64,000 nt of DNA from Dehalococcoidia bacterium (GTDB lineage Bacteria > Chloroflexota > Dehalococcoidia > Lucifugimonadales > Australimonadaceae). Every line of letters starts with the position of its first letter. Position 1 is the stretch's first letter. The stretch lies in contig OZ252105.1 in assembly GCA_965248455.1 (NCBI GenBank), forward strand, positions 2,603,193-2,667,192. Reading direction: 5' to 3'. The translations under genes were made by a program, and so were the position numbers. The notes below the pieces were generated by a model. The model saw nothing but the letters and a program-made list of their open reading frames with translations, searched no databases and had not been told where the DNA came from. Shown one piece after another: positions 1 to 10,129 of this stretch.

Positions 1-59
1 AAGTTCCGAGTCCTACCTGCAAGCGGCGGAGAATTCGTGGCAGGCCGAACGTCCGCTGG

Positions 60-1142
60 ATGAACGGTTCGCTGTCGGGGTTGTGTGAGGCCCGGGGGCA
101 ACGGTTGACCGAGAGATCCGGCAGCACTGAACAGGGCGGCGGCAACGTCGTCCTGGACGTGCAGAACCTGCAGACGCACCTCTTCACCAAGTGGGGGGTG
201 ACGCGCGCCGTCGACGGCGTGAGTTTCCACATCCGCGAAGGCGAGACGCTCGGACTCGTCGGCGAGTCCGGCTCCGGCAAGAGTATGACCGCGCTCTCGC
301 TGCTGCGCCTGCTGCCGGAGGCCGCGCGTATCGTCGGCGGGCGCATCCTGCTCGACGGCGACGACATCGTGAGCATGCGGATGTCGGATGTCCGGCAGAT
401 GCGGGGGCGCAAGATATCCATGATTCTGCAGGACCCGCAGACCGCACTGAACCCGGTGTTCACCGTTGGCAACCAGCTCATTGAGTCCATCGCGGCGCAT
501 GGCGGCCGGAACGGCGGGCGCAGGAGCCGCCAGTCCGTCAGGAACCGGGCGATGGAGGTGCTGCGCATGATGCGCGTCGCCGCCCCGGAACGCCGCCTCT
601 CCGACTTCCCGCACCAGATGAGCGGCGGCATGAAGCAGCGCGTCGTCGGCGGTATCGCCATCGAGAGCCAGCCTCGACTGCTCATCGCCGATGAGCCGAC
701 CACTGCGCTGGACGTGACGATACAGGCCCAGTATCTCAACCTGCTCAAGGAGATACAGCGCGAGACGGGCGTCGCCATCCTGTTCATCACGCACGACTTG
801 GGCGTCGTGGCGCGCATGTGCGACCGGGTCGCAGTGATGTACGCGGGCCGCATCGTGGAGCAGGGCGGCATCCACGAGATATTCGACAATCCGTCGCACC
901 CCTATACGCAGGCGTTGCTCGGCTCCATCCCCCGCATGGAGGAGCGTGTCGACCGGCTCACCGCGATAGATGGGCAGCCGCCCGCGCTCTTCGCGTTGCC
1001 GCAGGGCTGCCGGTTCGCCGTGCGCTGCCCGCACGCCTACGACCGGTGCAACGAGTCGTATCCGGCGGAGTTCACCGGCTCCGGGGGACACACCGCCGCC
1101 TGTTGGCTGCTGGAGGAAAAGTGGAAGCGGACGTCCTGGTAA
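60..1142 (+). CDS. Oligopeptide/dipeptide ABC transporter ATP-binding subunit (OppD/DppD-like)
   Basis: Walker A GESGSGKS, signature MSGGMKQRV, Walker B LLIADEPTTALD, C-terminal GCRFAVRC oligo_HPY motif. The true start may be the TTG near 105. Confidence 0.93.
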   Translation: MNGSLSGLCEARGQRLTERSGSTEQGGGNVVLDVQNLQTHLFTKWGVTRAVDGVSFHIREGETLGLVGESGSGKSMTALSLLRLLPEAARIVGGRILLDGDDIVSMRMSDVRQMRGRKISMILQDPQTALNPVFTVGNQLIESIAAHGGRNGGRRSRQSVRNRAMEVLRMMRVAAPERRLSDFPHQMSGGMKQRVVGGIAIESQPRLLIADEPTTALDVTIQAQYLNLLKEIQRETGVAILFITHDLGVVARMCDRVAVMYAGRIVEQGGIHEIFDNPSHPYTQALLGSIPRMEERVDRLTAIDGQPPALFALPQGCRFAVRCPHAYDRCNESYPAEFTGSGGHTAACWLLEEKWKRTSW

Positions 1143-2092
1143 AAGCTGAGAACCTGCAGAAACACTTCCCCGTGACCGAGGGGCTGGTGCTGATGAGGAC
1201 GGTGGGGTGGGTGCGTGCCGTGGACGGCATCAACTTCGAGGTGCGGCGTGGCCAGACGCTCGCACTCGTGGGCGAGTCCGGCTGCGGCAAAACGACGACC
1301 GCCAAGCTCGTGCTGCGCCTCGAACAGCCGACGGGCGGCAGTATCTCCATGGAGGGGCAGGATATCCATGCGCTGAGCGGGCAGGAGCTGCGGCAGTTCC
1401 GCATGCAGGTACAGGCAGTCTTCCAAGACCCATGGAGTTCGCTTAGCCCGCGGATGCGCGTGCGGGACATCATCGCGGAGCCGCTGGTAGTCAATAAGAA
1501 AGTGAGCGCGCGCGAGGCGCGCGAGCGCGTGCTGGCGCTGCTGGACGACGTGGGTCTGCGCCCGGAGCAGGCCGACCTCTTCCCGCACGAGTTCAGCGGC
1601 GGACAGCGGCAGCGCATCGCGATGGCCAGCGCCCTGAGCGTGGAGCCGTCGCTGATCGTACTCGACGAGCCGGTGTCCGCTCTGGACGTGTCCGTGCAGG
1701 CGCAGATCATGAACCTGTTGCGCGACCTGCAGGTGCAGCACAACGTCAGTTACCTGATGGTGTCGCACAACCTTGCGACCGTCCGCTACCTCGCGCATGA
1801 GGTTGCTGTCATGTACCTCGGCGAGATTGTCGAGCGGGCGGAGACGGACGACCTGTATGAGACGCCGCTGCACCCGTACACGCAGGCACTCTTCTCGGCT
1901 GCGCTCCCGGCGCATCCGGCGCTCCAGCGCGACGAGATCATCCTGCAGGGCGAGGTGCCGAGTCCCCTCAACCCGCCGTCCGGCTGCCGCTTCCACCCGC
2001 GGTGCCCGTTCGCCAAGGAAGTATGCGCGGAGGTCGTGCCGGAGTGGAAAGAGGAGAAGCCCGGCCACTTTGTTGCGTGCCACCTGTATTAG
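1121..2092 (+). CDS. Oligopeptide/dipeptide ABC transporter ATP-binding subunit (OppF/DppF-like)
   Basis: GTG at 1121 after GGAGG; GESGCGKT, FSGGQRQR, LDEPVSALD, GCRFHPRC. Confidence 0.93.
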   Translation: MEADVLVKAENLQKHFPVTEGLVLMRTVGWVRAVDGINFEVRRGQTLALVGESGCGKTTTAKLVLRLEQPTGGSISMEGQDIHALSGQELRQFRMQVQAVFQDPWSSLSPRMRVRDIIAEPLVVNKKVSAREARERVLALLDDVGLRPEQADLFPHEFSGGQRQRIAMASALSVEPSLIVLDEPVSALDVSVQAQIMNLLRDLQVQHNVSYLMVSHNLATVRYLAHEVAVMYLGEIVERAETDDLYETPLHPYTQALFSAALPAHPALQRDEIILQGEVPSPLNPPSGCRFHPRCPFAKEVCAEVVPEWKEEKPGHFVACHLY

Positions 2093-2197
2093 CACTCGGT
2101 GGCAGCGCCCCGAGCGCGCCGTTGACCGCCGGACGCCGCGCTCCTACACTCCGCTTGTCCTTCAGGAATGCAGTGCCAGGCCGAGGAGGTGTGCGCT

Positions 2198-2303
2198 ATG
2201 TTGACGAGGGAAGAGAAGAACTGCTCTGCCGTACGGGCCCCAGCGACCCCGCAGGCGACCTGCTCCGGCGCTACTGGCAGCCGGTCGCGCTGGCCGAGGC
2301 AGT
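2198..2303 (+). pseudogene. N-terminal relic of a Rieske oxygenase (phthalate dioxygenase/LigXa-like)
   Basis: GAGGAGG then ATG: MLTREE / frameshift / ELLCRTGPSDPAGDLLRRYWQPVALAE, which matches the N-terminus of the intact paralog at 41880-43181. Confidence 0.75.
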
Positions 2304-2708
2304 GCGCCGGGACATGTGGTGGTGCAGACGTACCTGCCGGAGCACTACGCGGTGCAGGCCGCCGCCGACCAGAACTACGAGCGTTTCTACGCTGAGGAGA
2401 TGGAGTACCGCCGCGCGCAGAGCAACCCGCCCCTGAGCAAGCTGGCGCGCCTGCCGTACCGCAACTCAGATCCCAAGGCCGGAGCCGTGGAGGCAGCGCG
2501 CTTTGCAGGCGTACTCCGCCGCGTCGTCAGCGAATGGGATATGACAGACGTGTATATCATCGGCCCTGCGCCGTCCTACCCGCACCGGGTGCGGAATGCG
2601 TGGCGCTGGCAGATCATCGTGCGCGCCCCGGAGCCGCGAGCGCTGCTAGACAAGGTGGACGTTCCGCCCGCATGGCACGTCGATATCGACCCCGTCAGCA
2701 TGGTGTAG
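2304..2708 (+). pseudogene. priA: C-terminal fragment of primosomal protein N' (PriA)
   Basis: PGHVVVQTYLPEHYAVQAA..YERFYAEEMEYRR..PP, IIGPAP..RVRNAWRWQIIV, WHVDIDP. The helicase and Zn domains are absent. Confidence 0.82.
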
Positions 2709-2745
2709 CGAAGCCAAAGCGCATAATGCGTTCGAGGTAAATAGC

Positions 2746-3100
2746 GTGAACGAGTTCCCTTTAGGGCTGTACGACCAACTTATCGACCGGTTGCTCAACG
2801 CAAGGCTTGAGGTGCTGAGAGAGCATCGTCTCAGGGCAGACATACGAGAGGTCGACGCTGCGGAGATTCCTGACCGAGTCGGAGAGGTGATTGGGCGATG
2901 GGTACGGGACACGGTGGCAGGCGTGGACATCGAAAACCGCGCTGATGCTGCAGCCAAATTATCGATAGCCGTCCTTGAGACCATGAGCTCAATCGGGGCG
3001 GAGCGGCAGCTACTCTCTCCCCTGAGGCGACTGACGGCGGTGGAGCCCGTCTCTCCTACCGGCGACGCGATGAAGATGGCGCAGCCGCTTACTCCCTCAA
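2746..3100 (+). pseudogene. N-terminus of a probable DUF3427/PLD-helicase protein, truncated by IS5
   Basis: LGLYDQLID...VDAAEIPDRVG resembles the N-termini of DUF3427 helicases (recalled). The ORF runs into the IS terminal repeat at 3101. Confidence 0.55.
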
Positions 3101-4300
3101 GAGACCTTTGCATAACCCTCTTGCCGGTTTGATAATTTGCAGAGGCAAAGAGTAGGGAGGGTGGCCATGCATAGTCCCTTGGGTGAACAGTCGTTCGTTG
3201 ACGTGCTTCTGCCGGAGCGGGTTGGCCGAAACGAGAAGCTGGAGCGCGTCGACGCAGTGGTTGACTGGAAGAAACTTGCCAAGCTGGTCAACGGCATCTA
3301 CGCGGCCCCGTCAGGCCGTCCGAGCTACCCACCGGTGGTGATGGTCAAGATCATGGTGCTTCAGCAGTGGTACGACGCTTCCGACGAAGCGATAGAGGAA
3401 GCATTGTGGGACCGCATCTCGTTCAAGCGGTTCGTGGGGCTGGGCATCGAGGACGATGTCCCCGACCACTCGACGATCAGCCGCTTCCGGAAGGAAGTCA
3501 CCGATCGGAGTCTTGGCCCCCGCCTGTTCAAGGAGTTGGCTCGTCAGTTCGATAAGCGGGGGTTGTTCGTCAAACAAGGCACGCTGTTGGACGCGACGAT
3601 AGTGGAGGCGCAAGCGCGGCGGCCATCGTCGCGGGAGCAGCCAGGAGCAAGGAGTGAGACCGACCCCGACGCGGCCTGGACGCGCAAAGGGGGCAAATCG
3701 CACTTCGGTTACAAGGCGCATATCGGGCTGGATGCGGGTTCGGGGCTGATACGGGAGGCAGTGTTTACCCCTGCGAACGTGAACGATACGGAGGTGGCGG
3801 ACGAGTTGGTGAGTGGGGATGAGCTGTCGGTGTATGCAGACAAGGCGTATATGTCGAAAGAGCGGAGCGCACGGCTCAAGTCCATGCGGATCAAGGATCG
3901 AATCATGCGTCGAGGAGACAAGCATCGCCCGGAGCTGCCGTATTGGGAGCGGCGCCGAAACAAGCTGATATCGCGGTTGCGCTCACCAGTCGAGAAGGTG
4001 TTCGGGACACTGAAGCGGTCATACGGCTATACGAGTGTGCGGTACATGGGTTTGGAACGGAACACGACAGAACTGTTCTTCAAGTGCATGGCCTACAACC
4101 TGCGGCGTGCGGCGAGTTTGCTGACCTGCGACCAGGGGCGGAGTGTGCCTGTCAGCAGTTAGTTGCCCCGTTGTGTCCCAGCAGCGGGGTAAAAACGGGG
4201 GCGCAGAAGAGGTTGAACGAACCTGCTACAAGCCCGCTCATCCCCGTTCCCAGCCCCTGATTTCGTAAGACGGCCCTCCGGGGAGTTACGCAAAGGTCTC
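3101..4300 (+). mobile_element. IS5-family insertion sequence (1200 bp)
   Basis: Terminal inverted repeats GAGACCTTTGCATAAC / GTTACGCAAAGGTCTC. No target duplication. Confidence 0.92.
3167..4162 (+). CDS. IS5-family DDE transposase
   Basis: GRPSYP, VPDHSTISRFR, LLDATIVEA, HFGYKAH, YADKAY, RSPVEKVFGTLKR. Confidence 0.95.
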   Translation: MHSPLGEQSFVDVLLPERVGRNEKLERVDAVVDWKKLAKLVNGIYAAPSGRPSYPPVVMVKIMVLQQWYDASDEAIEEALWDRISFKRFVGLGIEDDVPDHSTISRFRKEVTDRSLGPRLFKELARQFDKRGLFVKQGTLLDATIVEAQARRPSSREQPGARSETDPDAAWTRKGGKSHFGYKAHIGLDAGSGLIREAVFTPANVNDTEVADELVSGDELSVYADKAYMSKERSARLKSMRIKDRIMRRGDKHRPELPYWERRRNKLISRLRSPVEKVFGTLKRSYGYTSVRYMGLERNTTELFFKCMAYNLRRAASLLTCDQGRSVPVSS

Positions 4301-4615
4301 GTATGGGAGAGGAACCACGGGGTCGTGGTCGATGCCGTGGGAGAGCTCCCACGCTCGCCTGCCAGCGATTCCGAACTGGTCAATGAGGGACTCTGGCGTC
4401 ATGGCCGCGACATCGCCCATCGTGTGCAGGCCGAAGCGGTGCATCCGCCCACGCACCTCGGGATCGAGCGGGAGCAGGTCAACCCAATGAGGCGCGAGAA
4501 AGGTGGCCGCGTCGGGCGGGACGTGCGCCACACCCGGCGCATCGCTGGTCCAGGCTGCGACAAAGGCGGGGAACTTGGCGTCTCTGATTCCGATGCGGGG
4601 CCTCAGGTAGCTAGT

Positions 4616-5659
4616 TGTAGTTCCCATAGAGGTTGTTGACAAGTGAGAGGCCCCGCTGTTGCTGTTGTGTGAACGAAACCCAGCAGTAACAGGAGGCCCC
4701 TCATGACCCATCGTAACGCACGCTTGACCCCCGTGACCCGCGCCGAGTTGGTCGAACAGGTGTTGTCCGGCTGGCCCCAAGCCGAAGTAGCCCGCTTGTT
4801 CCGCGTCTCCCGCGCGACCGTCACCAAGTGGGTGCGGCGGTTCCGTGAAGGTGGGCCAGACGCGCTCCTCGACCGCTCCAGCCGTCCCCTGCGCAGCCCC
4901 CGCCAAACCGATCAGCTGCAGGAAGCAGCCATCTGCACTGCACGACGCATGCTTGCCTGGGGGCCGCACCGCATCGGGTGGAGGTTGGGCATCGCCCGCT
5001 CCACCGTCTACGCCGTCCTGCGCCGCGCCGGACTCCATCGCCTCGCGTGGCTCCATCGCACCACCCGGGAGATCGTTCGCTACGAGCATGCCCGCCCCGG
5101 CGCGCTGGTTCACCTCGACATCAAGAAACTCGGCCGCATCCCGCAGGGTGGCGGCAAGCGCATCCTGCCCGGCTTCGCGGAGACCCACAGTGGTCCTCAG
5201 CGCGGCCCCCGCCTCGGTTTCGACTTCCTCCACGTGGCCGTGGATGACCACTCCCGCTATGCCTACGTCGAGGCCCTGCCGGACGAACGCGGCCCGACTG
5301 CTGCCGCCTTCCTTGTCCGGGCACTTGCCCACTTCGAGCGCCAGAGCATCGCCGTCGAGCGCATCCTGACCGACAACGGCGCCTGCTACGTGAGCCGCAT
5401 CTTCACCGACACGGCGGCGGCCAGGAATATACGGTTGAAGCGCACGCGGCCTTTCCGGCCTCAGACCAACGGCAAGGCGGAGGCGTTCAACAAGATCATG
5501 CAGGCCGAGTGGGCCTACCAGCGACCGTACTACTCCAATGATGAACGGCTCAACGCGCTGCCTGGGTTCCTCGCGTATTACAATCACCGGCGTCCACACG
5601 GCGGCATCGGCGGGGCTACTCCCGCCTCCCGGCTGTAAACAACGTCCCTGGGAACTACA
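4616..5659 (+). mobile_element. IS481-family insertion sequence (1044 bp)
   Basis: Ends TGTAGTTCCCA...TGGGAACTACA; flanked by GCTAGT/GCTAGG (NCTAGN-type target duplication). Confidence 0.93.
4703..5638 (+). CDS. IS481-family transposase
   Basis: MTHRNARLTP, HLDIKKLGRI, VDDHSR, LTDNG, PQTNGKAE, YNHRRPHGGIGG. Confidence 0.95.
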   Translation: MTHRNARLTPVTRAELVEQVLSGWPQAEVARLFRVSRATVTKWVRRFREGGPDALLDRSSRPLRSPRQTDQLQEAAICTARRMLAWGPHRIGWRLGIARSTVYAVLRRAGLHRLAWLHRTTREIVRYEHARPGALVHLDIKKLGRIPQGGGKRILPGFAETHSGPQRGPRLGFDFLHVAVDDHSRYAYVEALPDERGPTAAAFLVRALAHFERQSIAVERILTDNGACYVSRIFTDTAAARNIRLKRTRPFRPQTNGKAEAFNKIMQAEWAYQRPYYSNDERLNALPGFLAYYNHRRPHGGIGGATPASRL

Positions 5660-6096
5660 GCTAGGCAGTGACTGGAAGAGCGCGTAGACCACTCGATCCT
5701 CGCCGCCGTGCAAGCGCTCAAGTCCATCCAGGCGGACGTAGGCGGTGCCAAGGCCCGCGCTCTCCACGCGGTCGCTGACGCCCTGCAGAACGGTGAGCAC
5801 GTGGCGGAACGCCCGTTTGTACGACGGCTCATCGGCTTCGAGGACGACTGCCCCGGCATTACGGGAGAGCGCCTCCTCCAGGGGCATGCCCGCCGTCCAC
5901 TCCAACGCAGGCAGGGAAGCGGTCGGCTACCAGCGCCCTCCGCGAGCGATCGGCGATGACGACCGGGCTGTTCCTCAGATGGGGCTGCCGTTGCAGTTCG
6001 ACCTTGGCCCTGAGATGAGTGATCAGCACACAGGCGACTCGCAAAGCCTCTCCCACAGAGTTGCTATCCAGCAAGGGGACTGGTAGAGAGCACGAT

Positions 6097-6114
6097 AAAG
6101 AACATATGTTCTTT
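6097..6114. promoter_or_regulatory. LexA (SOS) box upstream of the ImuB-like gene
   Basis: Perfect 18-bp palindrome AAAGAACATATGTTCTTT in GAAC-N4-GTTC format, ~55 bp upstream of the Y-family gene start. Confidence 0.85.
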
Positions 6115-6134
6115 TTTCAATCAGACCCGATGGG

Positions 6135-6353
6135 GCACGCGGCCTTTCCGGCCTCAGACCAACGGCAAGGCGAGAGGCGTTCAACAAGATCATGCAGGCC
6201 GAGTGGGCGTACCAGCGACCGTACTACTCCAACCGCGAGCGGCTCAACGCGTTGCCTGGGTTCCTCGCGTATTACAATCACCTGCGTCCACACGGCAACA
6301 TTGGCGGGACCACTCCTTCCTCACGCCTGTAAACAACGTCCCTGGGAACTACA
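6135..6353 (+). mobile_element. Truncated 3' end of a second, slightly diverged IS481 copy
   Basis: Near-identical to ~5440-5659, including the right end AAACAACGTCCCTGGGAACTACA. Confidence 0.88.
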
Positions 6354-6463
6354 CCGGCGGCAGGCGTGAGACGGTCAACGAAGGCGGGGTGCAGGAACGC
6401 CTCTTCCCCAGCCCTCCGCCGGCGGCGAGGCAGTAGAATCGCAGGGAGAGGAGTTGCGGAGGA

Positions 6464-7684
6464 ATGGGGATTCACGCCAGGCAGTTCGATCCCGACGACC
6501 GCGGGCCGCTGGACGGTCTGCGAGTGCTCGACATGTCGCGACTTGTGGCCGGGAACATGCTGACCCTCCAGCTCGGGGACTTCGGCGCTGAGGTTGTCAA
6601 GATCGAGGCGCTGCCGAACGGCGACCCGTTGCGAGCTTGGGGCGACAGCTTCGTCCAGACGCACTGGAAGACGTACTGCCGGAACAAGAAGAGCGTGTCG
6701 GTCAATCTGCGGGAGGCCGACGGGCGGGCGCTCGTGCGGTGGCTGGCCAGGGACGCAGACGTGCTCGTCGAGAACTTCATCCCCGGCCGGTTGGAGGAGA
6801 TGGGGCTGGCGCCGGAGGTCCTGCACGCGGACAACCCCGGCCTGGTTGTCGTGCGCGTTTCAGGGTTCGGCCAGACGGGGCCATACAGGGAGCGGCCGGG
6901 GTTTGGCACGCTGGTGGAGGCCATGTCCGGGTTCGCGGAACGGAACGGCTTCCCCGACCGCGAGCCTGTCCTGCCTCCGATGGCGCTGGCGGACATGACG
7001 GCGGGCCTGTACGGCGCAATGGCCGTGCTGGTTGCGCTGCGCGAGCGTGAGGTGAAGGACGGCGCGGGGCAGGTGATCGACCTCTCGCTCCTCGAACCCA
7101 TCTTCTCCATCCTGGGCGCCGACGCGGCTGGCTACCGGATCGACGGTAGCGTAAAGCAACGCGTGGGCAGCGCCTCGAACACGGCGTCCCCCCGAAACGT
7201 CTACGCCACGAAGGACGGCAAGTGGGTGGCCCTGTCGGCGTCCATCCAGTCGATGGCGGAGCGCGTGTTCAGAGTAGTAGGGAGGGAGGACGCAATCGGC
7301 GACCCCCGCTTTCGGAACAACGCCCAGCGGGTGCGGCACCGGGATGAGGTCGACGCCATCGTCGGGGGCTGGATGGCCGAGCGCAGACTGGACGAGGCGC
7401 TTGCCGAGCTCAATGGCGCGGGCGTGACCGCCGGGCCCGTCTACGACATCGCCCAGTTCCTCGACGACCCCCACGTTATCGAGCGCGAGGTGGTGGTCGA
7501 CCTGCCGGACGAGGACGTGGGGACAGTCCCGGCGCACAACATCCTGCCCCGGCTTTCGCGGACGCCGGGGACTTTCCGCTACCCCGCGCCTAAGCTGGGG
7601 CAGCACAACGACGAAATCCTCGGCGGCGCGGGCGTCTCCACCGAAGAGTTGGCCAATCTGCGAGCGCGAGGTGTGATTGGATGA
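6464..7684 (+). CDS. Family III CoA-transferase (CaiB/BaiF)
   Basis: PLDGLRVLDMSRLVAG, GAEVVKIE, RNKKSV, DVLVENFIPG, SGFGQTGPY, APKLGQHN. Confidence 0.95.
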   Translation: MGIHARQFDPDDRGPLDGLRVLDMSRLVAGNMLTLQLGDFGAEVVKIEALPNGDPLRAWGDSFVQTHWKTYCRNKKSVSVNLREADGRALVRWLARDADVLVENFIPGRLEEMGLAPEVLHADNPGLVVVRVSGFGQTGPYRERPGFGTLVEAMSGFAERNGFPDREPVLPPMALADMTAGLYGAMAVLVALREREVKDGAGQVIDLSLLEPIFSILGADAAGYRIDGSVKQRVGSASNTASPRNVYATKDGKWVALSASIQSMAERVFRVVGREDAIGDPRFRNNAQRVRHRDEVDAIVGGWMAERRLDEALAELNGAGVTAGPVYDIAQFLDDPHVIEREVVVDLPDEDVGTVPAHNILPRLSRTPGTFRYPAPKLGQHNDEILGGAGVSTEELANLRARGVIG

Positions 7685-8571
7685 CCGACGAACGAAAGCT
7701 CCCGGTGTGGCGGTCGCTGCTGTACGTGCCGGCTAACGTCGAACGCTACCTCGCCAAGGCCCATGAGCGGGGCGCCGACGGCATCATCCTTGACCTGGAG
7801 GACTCGGTCCCGCTCGCGGAGAAGGCGTCGGCGCGGGCGGGCGTGCAGGCGGCCGCAGAGCGCGTCGGCCGGCCGGGCGCGGACGTTCTGGTGCGCGTCA
7901 ATCAGCCCTTGCGGCTCGCCGTGCGGGACATCGAGGCCAGCGTATCCCCTGCGGTCGACGCCCTCGTCCTGCCGAAAGTCGCCGGTCCTGACCACGTCAG
8001 GCTGCTCGACGAGATGGTGTCGGACCTGGAAGCGGAGCGCGGGATGGTGGCGGGTGCGACAGCGTTCCTGGCGATGGTCGAGACGCCGGAGGCCTTCTTC
8101 CAGATCGGCGAAATCGCGAAAGCGAGCGAGCGCATCGCGGCCATCACCATCGGCGCGGAGGACCTGGCATCGTCGCTGGGGATGCAGCCGGACGCCGAGA
8201 CGCTGCTCTACCCGAAGACCCAGTCCGTGTACGCGGCGAAGGCGGCGGGGGTGATGGCGCTGGGCATCTTCGGCACCGTCGCTGACTACCAGGACCTGGA
8301 CGCCGTGCGGGAGGTGGCGCTCAAGGCGAGGCGCTTCGGACTGGAGGGCGCATCGTGCATCCACCCGAGCGTCGTGCCCGTGCTCAACGAAGCGTTCAGT
8401 CCCGGCGAGGAGGAAATCGCACTCGCCAGACGCATCATCGAGGCGAATGCCGAGACGGAGAAGACCGGCCGTGGCTCCTTCCAGCTCGACGGCAAGATGA
8501 TCGACGTGCCGGTGGTGCGGCGCGCCCGGCGCCTCCTCGCGCGCCACGAAGCAATCGCCTCGCGGGGATGA
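7681..8571 (+). CDS. CitE/HpcH-family CoA-ester lyase
   Basis: RSLLYVP, ILDLEDSV, MVETP, GAEDL, CIHP, LDGKMIDVP; ATGA overlap with the CoA-transferase. Confidence 0.92.
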   Translation: MTDERKLPVWRSLLYVPANVERYLAKAHERGADGIILDLEDSVPLAEKASARAGVQAAAERVGRPGADVLVRVNQPLRLAVRDIEASVSPAVDALVLPKVAGPDHVRLLDEMVSDLEAERGMVAGATAFLAMVETPEAFFQIGEIAKASERIAAITIGAEDLASSLGMQPDAETLLYPKTQSVYAAKAAGVMALGIFGTVADYQDLDAVREVALKARRFGLEGASCIHPSVVPVLNEAFSPGEEEIALARRIIEANAETEKTGRGSFQLDGKMIDVPVVRRARRLLARHEAIASRG

Positions 8572-8821
8572 CCCGTGGCGAGGGCACGCGCCCCGCGCGA
8601 GCGCCTGGGGGATTCCACCGGGTGCTCCGAGAACCCAGTCTTCTGCATTATTCGGCTACGGCACTCGATCCACCACCCAAGAGTATCGGAACGTTTTGTC
8701 GCTATTGCGTCTCACCCATGAGGAGAACCGCTAAGCCCCTTCTTTCGTCTGCGGGAAGGGGGCATTTGTGCCTTGACCCCGATTGCGATAGGCTCGCGCC
8801 ATCTCACATTGGAGGCGCGCT

Positions 8822-9976
8822 ATGGTTATGAAAGGCACCGACATGAAAGTCGCCGAGGCCCCCACCGGCGACCTCGAAGACTTCCGAGTCCCCGACTCCT
8901 ACGAGGAATGGCTGGAGAGCGAGGGGGTGATGGTCCACAAGACCTTCTACATCCCCAACTGGCACGAGCTCGAGGTCGGTCCGTGGGAGCGCAAGGGCGG
9001 CGATGGCGCGGTCGTCCACATCGACAACGCTCTCTTGCCCAACGACCTGCACGTGGTCGACATCAGGCCCGGCGGCAAGTCCGAGCCCGAGCATCACATG
9101 TACGAGATCAACTTCTACATAGTGTCGGGCCGCGGCGCGACGACCATCTGGATGAACGAGGACAGCAAGCAAACCTTCGAATGGAAGACGGGCTCCCTCT
9201 TCACCATCCCGCTGAACGCCTGGTATCAGCACTTCAACGGCTCCGGCGACGAGAAGGTGCGCTACATGGCGACAACCAACGCCCCGCCGATGATGCGCCT
9301 GTTCCGCGACAGGGACTTCATGTTCAACAATGACTTCATGTTCCGCTCCCGCTACTCCGACGACGAGTCCTACTTCAGCGGCAACGGCACGCTCTACAAC
9401 AAGCGCATCTGGGAGACGAACTTCATCCCCAACGCGCCGGACATGGCGCTCTATGGCTGGAAGGAGCGCGGGGCGGGCGGCATCAACGCCATGCTGCAGA
9501 TGGGCAAGAACGACATGGGAAACCACATCTCCGAGTTCCCCATCGGCACCTACAAGAAGGCTCACCGGCATGGGCCGGGCGCGCACCTCTTCCTCCTCAG
9601 CGGCGACTCCGGCTTCTCCCTCCTCTGGACCAAGCCCGACCGCTCCGACATGATGAAGTGCGACTGGCAGTTGGGCACCGTCGTCATCATCCCCGGCGAG
9701 GGCACCTACCACCAGCACTTCAATTCCGGCACGAAGCGCGCCCGCTACATGGCCCTGCGCGACGGTAGAGGCGGCTTCATCGCGCCTAACACCGTCGCGG
9801 GCGGCGATGTCAGCATCAAGGACGGCGGCATGCAGGTCGAGTACGAGGATGAGGATCGCGATATCCACGAGATCTTCGAGGCCGAGCTCGCCAAGAACGG
9901 CGCCCAGTGCAACATGAAGGCGTTCATCCCTTACTGCACCGGCGTCGCAGGTATCACCGACGAGCGAAAGACGTAG
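8822..9976 (+). CDS. Bicupin protein (gentisate-dioxygenase-like fold)
   Basis: Two cupin motifs: HHMYE...PLNAWYQHFN and KAHRHGP...YHQHFN. Confidence 0.8.
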   Translation: MVMKGTDMKVAEAPTGDLEDFRVPDSYEEWLESEGVMVHKTFYIPNWHELEVGPWERKGGDGAVVHIDNALLPNDLHVVDIRPGGKSEPEHHMYEINFYIVSGRGATTIWMNEDSKQTFEWKTGSLFTIPLNAWYQHFNGSGDEKVRYMATTNAPPMMRLFRDRDFMFNNDFMFRSRYSDDESYFSGNGTLYNKRIWETNFIPNAPDMALYGWKERGAGGINAMLQMGKNDMGNHISEFPIGTYKKAHRHGPGAHLFLLSGDSGFSLLWTKPDRSDMMKCDWQLGTVVIIPGEGTYHQHFNSGTKRARYMALRDGRGGFIAPNTVAGGDVSIKDGGMQVEYEDEDRDIHEIFEAELAKNGAQCNMKAFIPYCTGVAGITDERKT

Positions 9977-10057
9977 AGAAGACCTAGGGGGTGTTCCTCC
10001 TGTCTAAAGGATCGTGGAGGGGAGAATTCAACTCCCCTCCTCAACCAGGGGAGGACT

Positions 10058-10086
10058 GAAGGGGGCGCAGGCGCGCCCTCTACGAG
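10058..10086. repeat. REP-like element (second copy at 36367-36395)
   Basis: GAAGGGG(G/T)CGCAGGCGCGCCCTCTACGAG, 28/29 identical; the minus strand reads GTAG followed by a GC hairpin. Confidence 0.65.
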
Positions 10087-10129
10087 GCGCAGCGTCGGTA
10101 ATGAGGGGCAAAGGCTAACGCTTTGCGCC

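Larger units (their letters stand above)
4301..6044 (-). pseudogene. Y-family polymerase-like (ImuB/DinB-like) gene, frameshifted near 5900, interrupted by IS481 and truncated by IS5
   Basis: TTG start after GGGAGAGG: MRVACVLI..PVVI; GMPLEEALSR; VESAGLGTAYVRLDGL; after the IS, RIGI..KFPAFVAA, LLPLDPEVRGRMHRFGLHTMGDVA. Confidence 0.8.
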
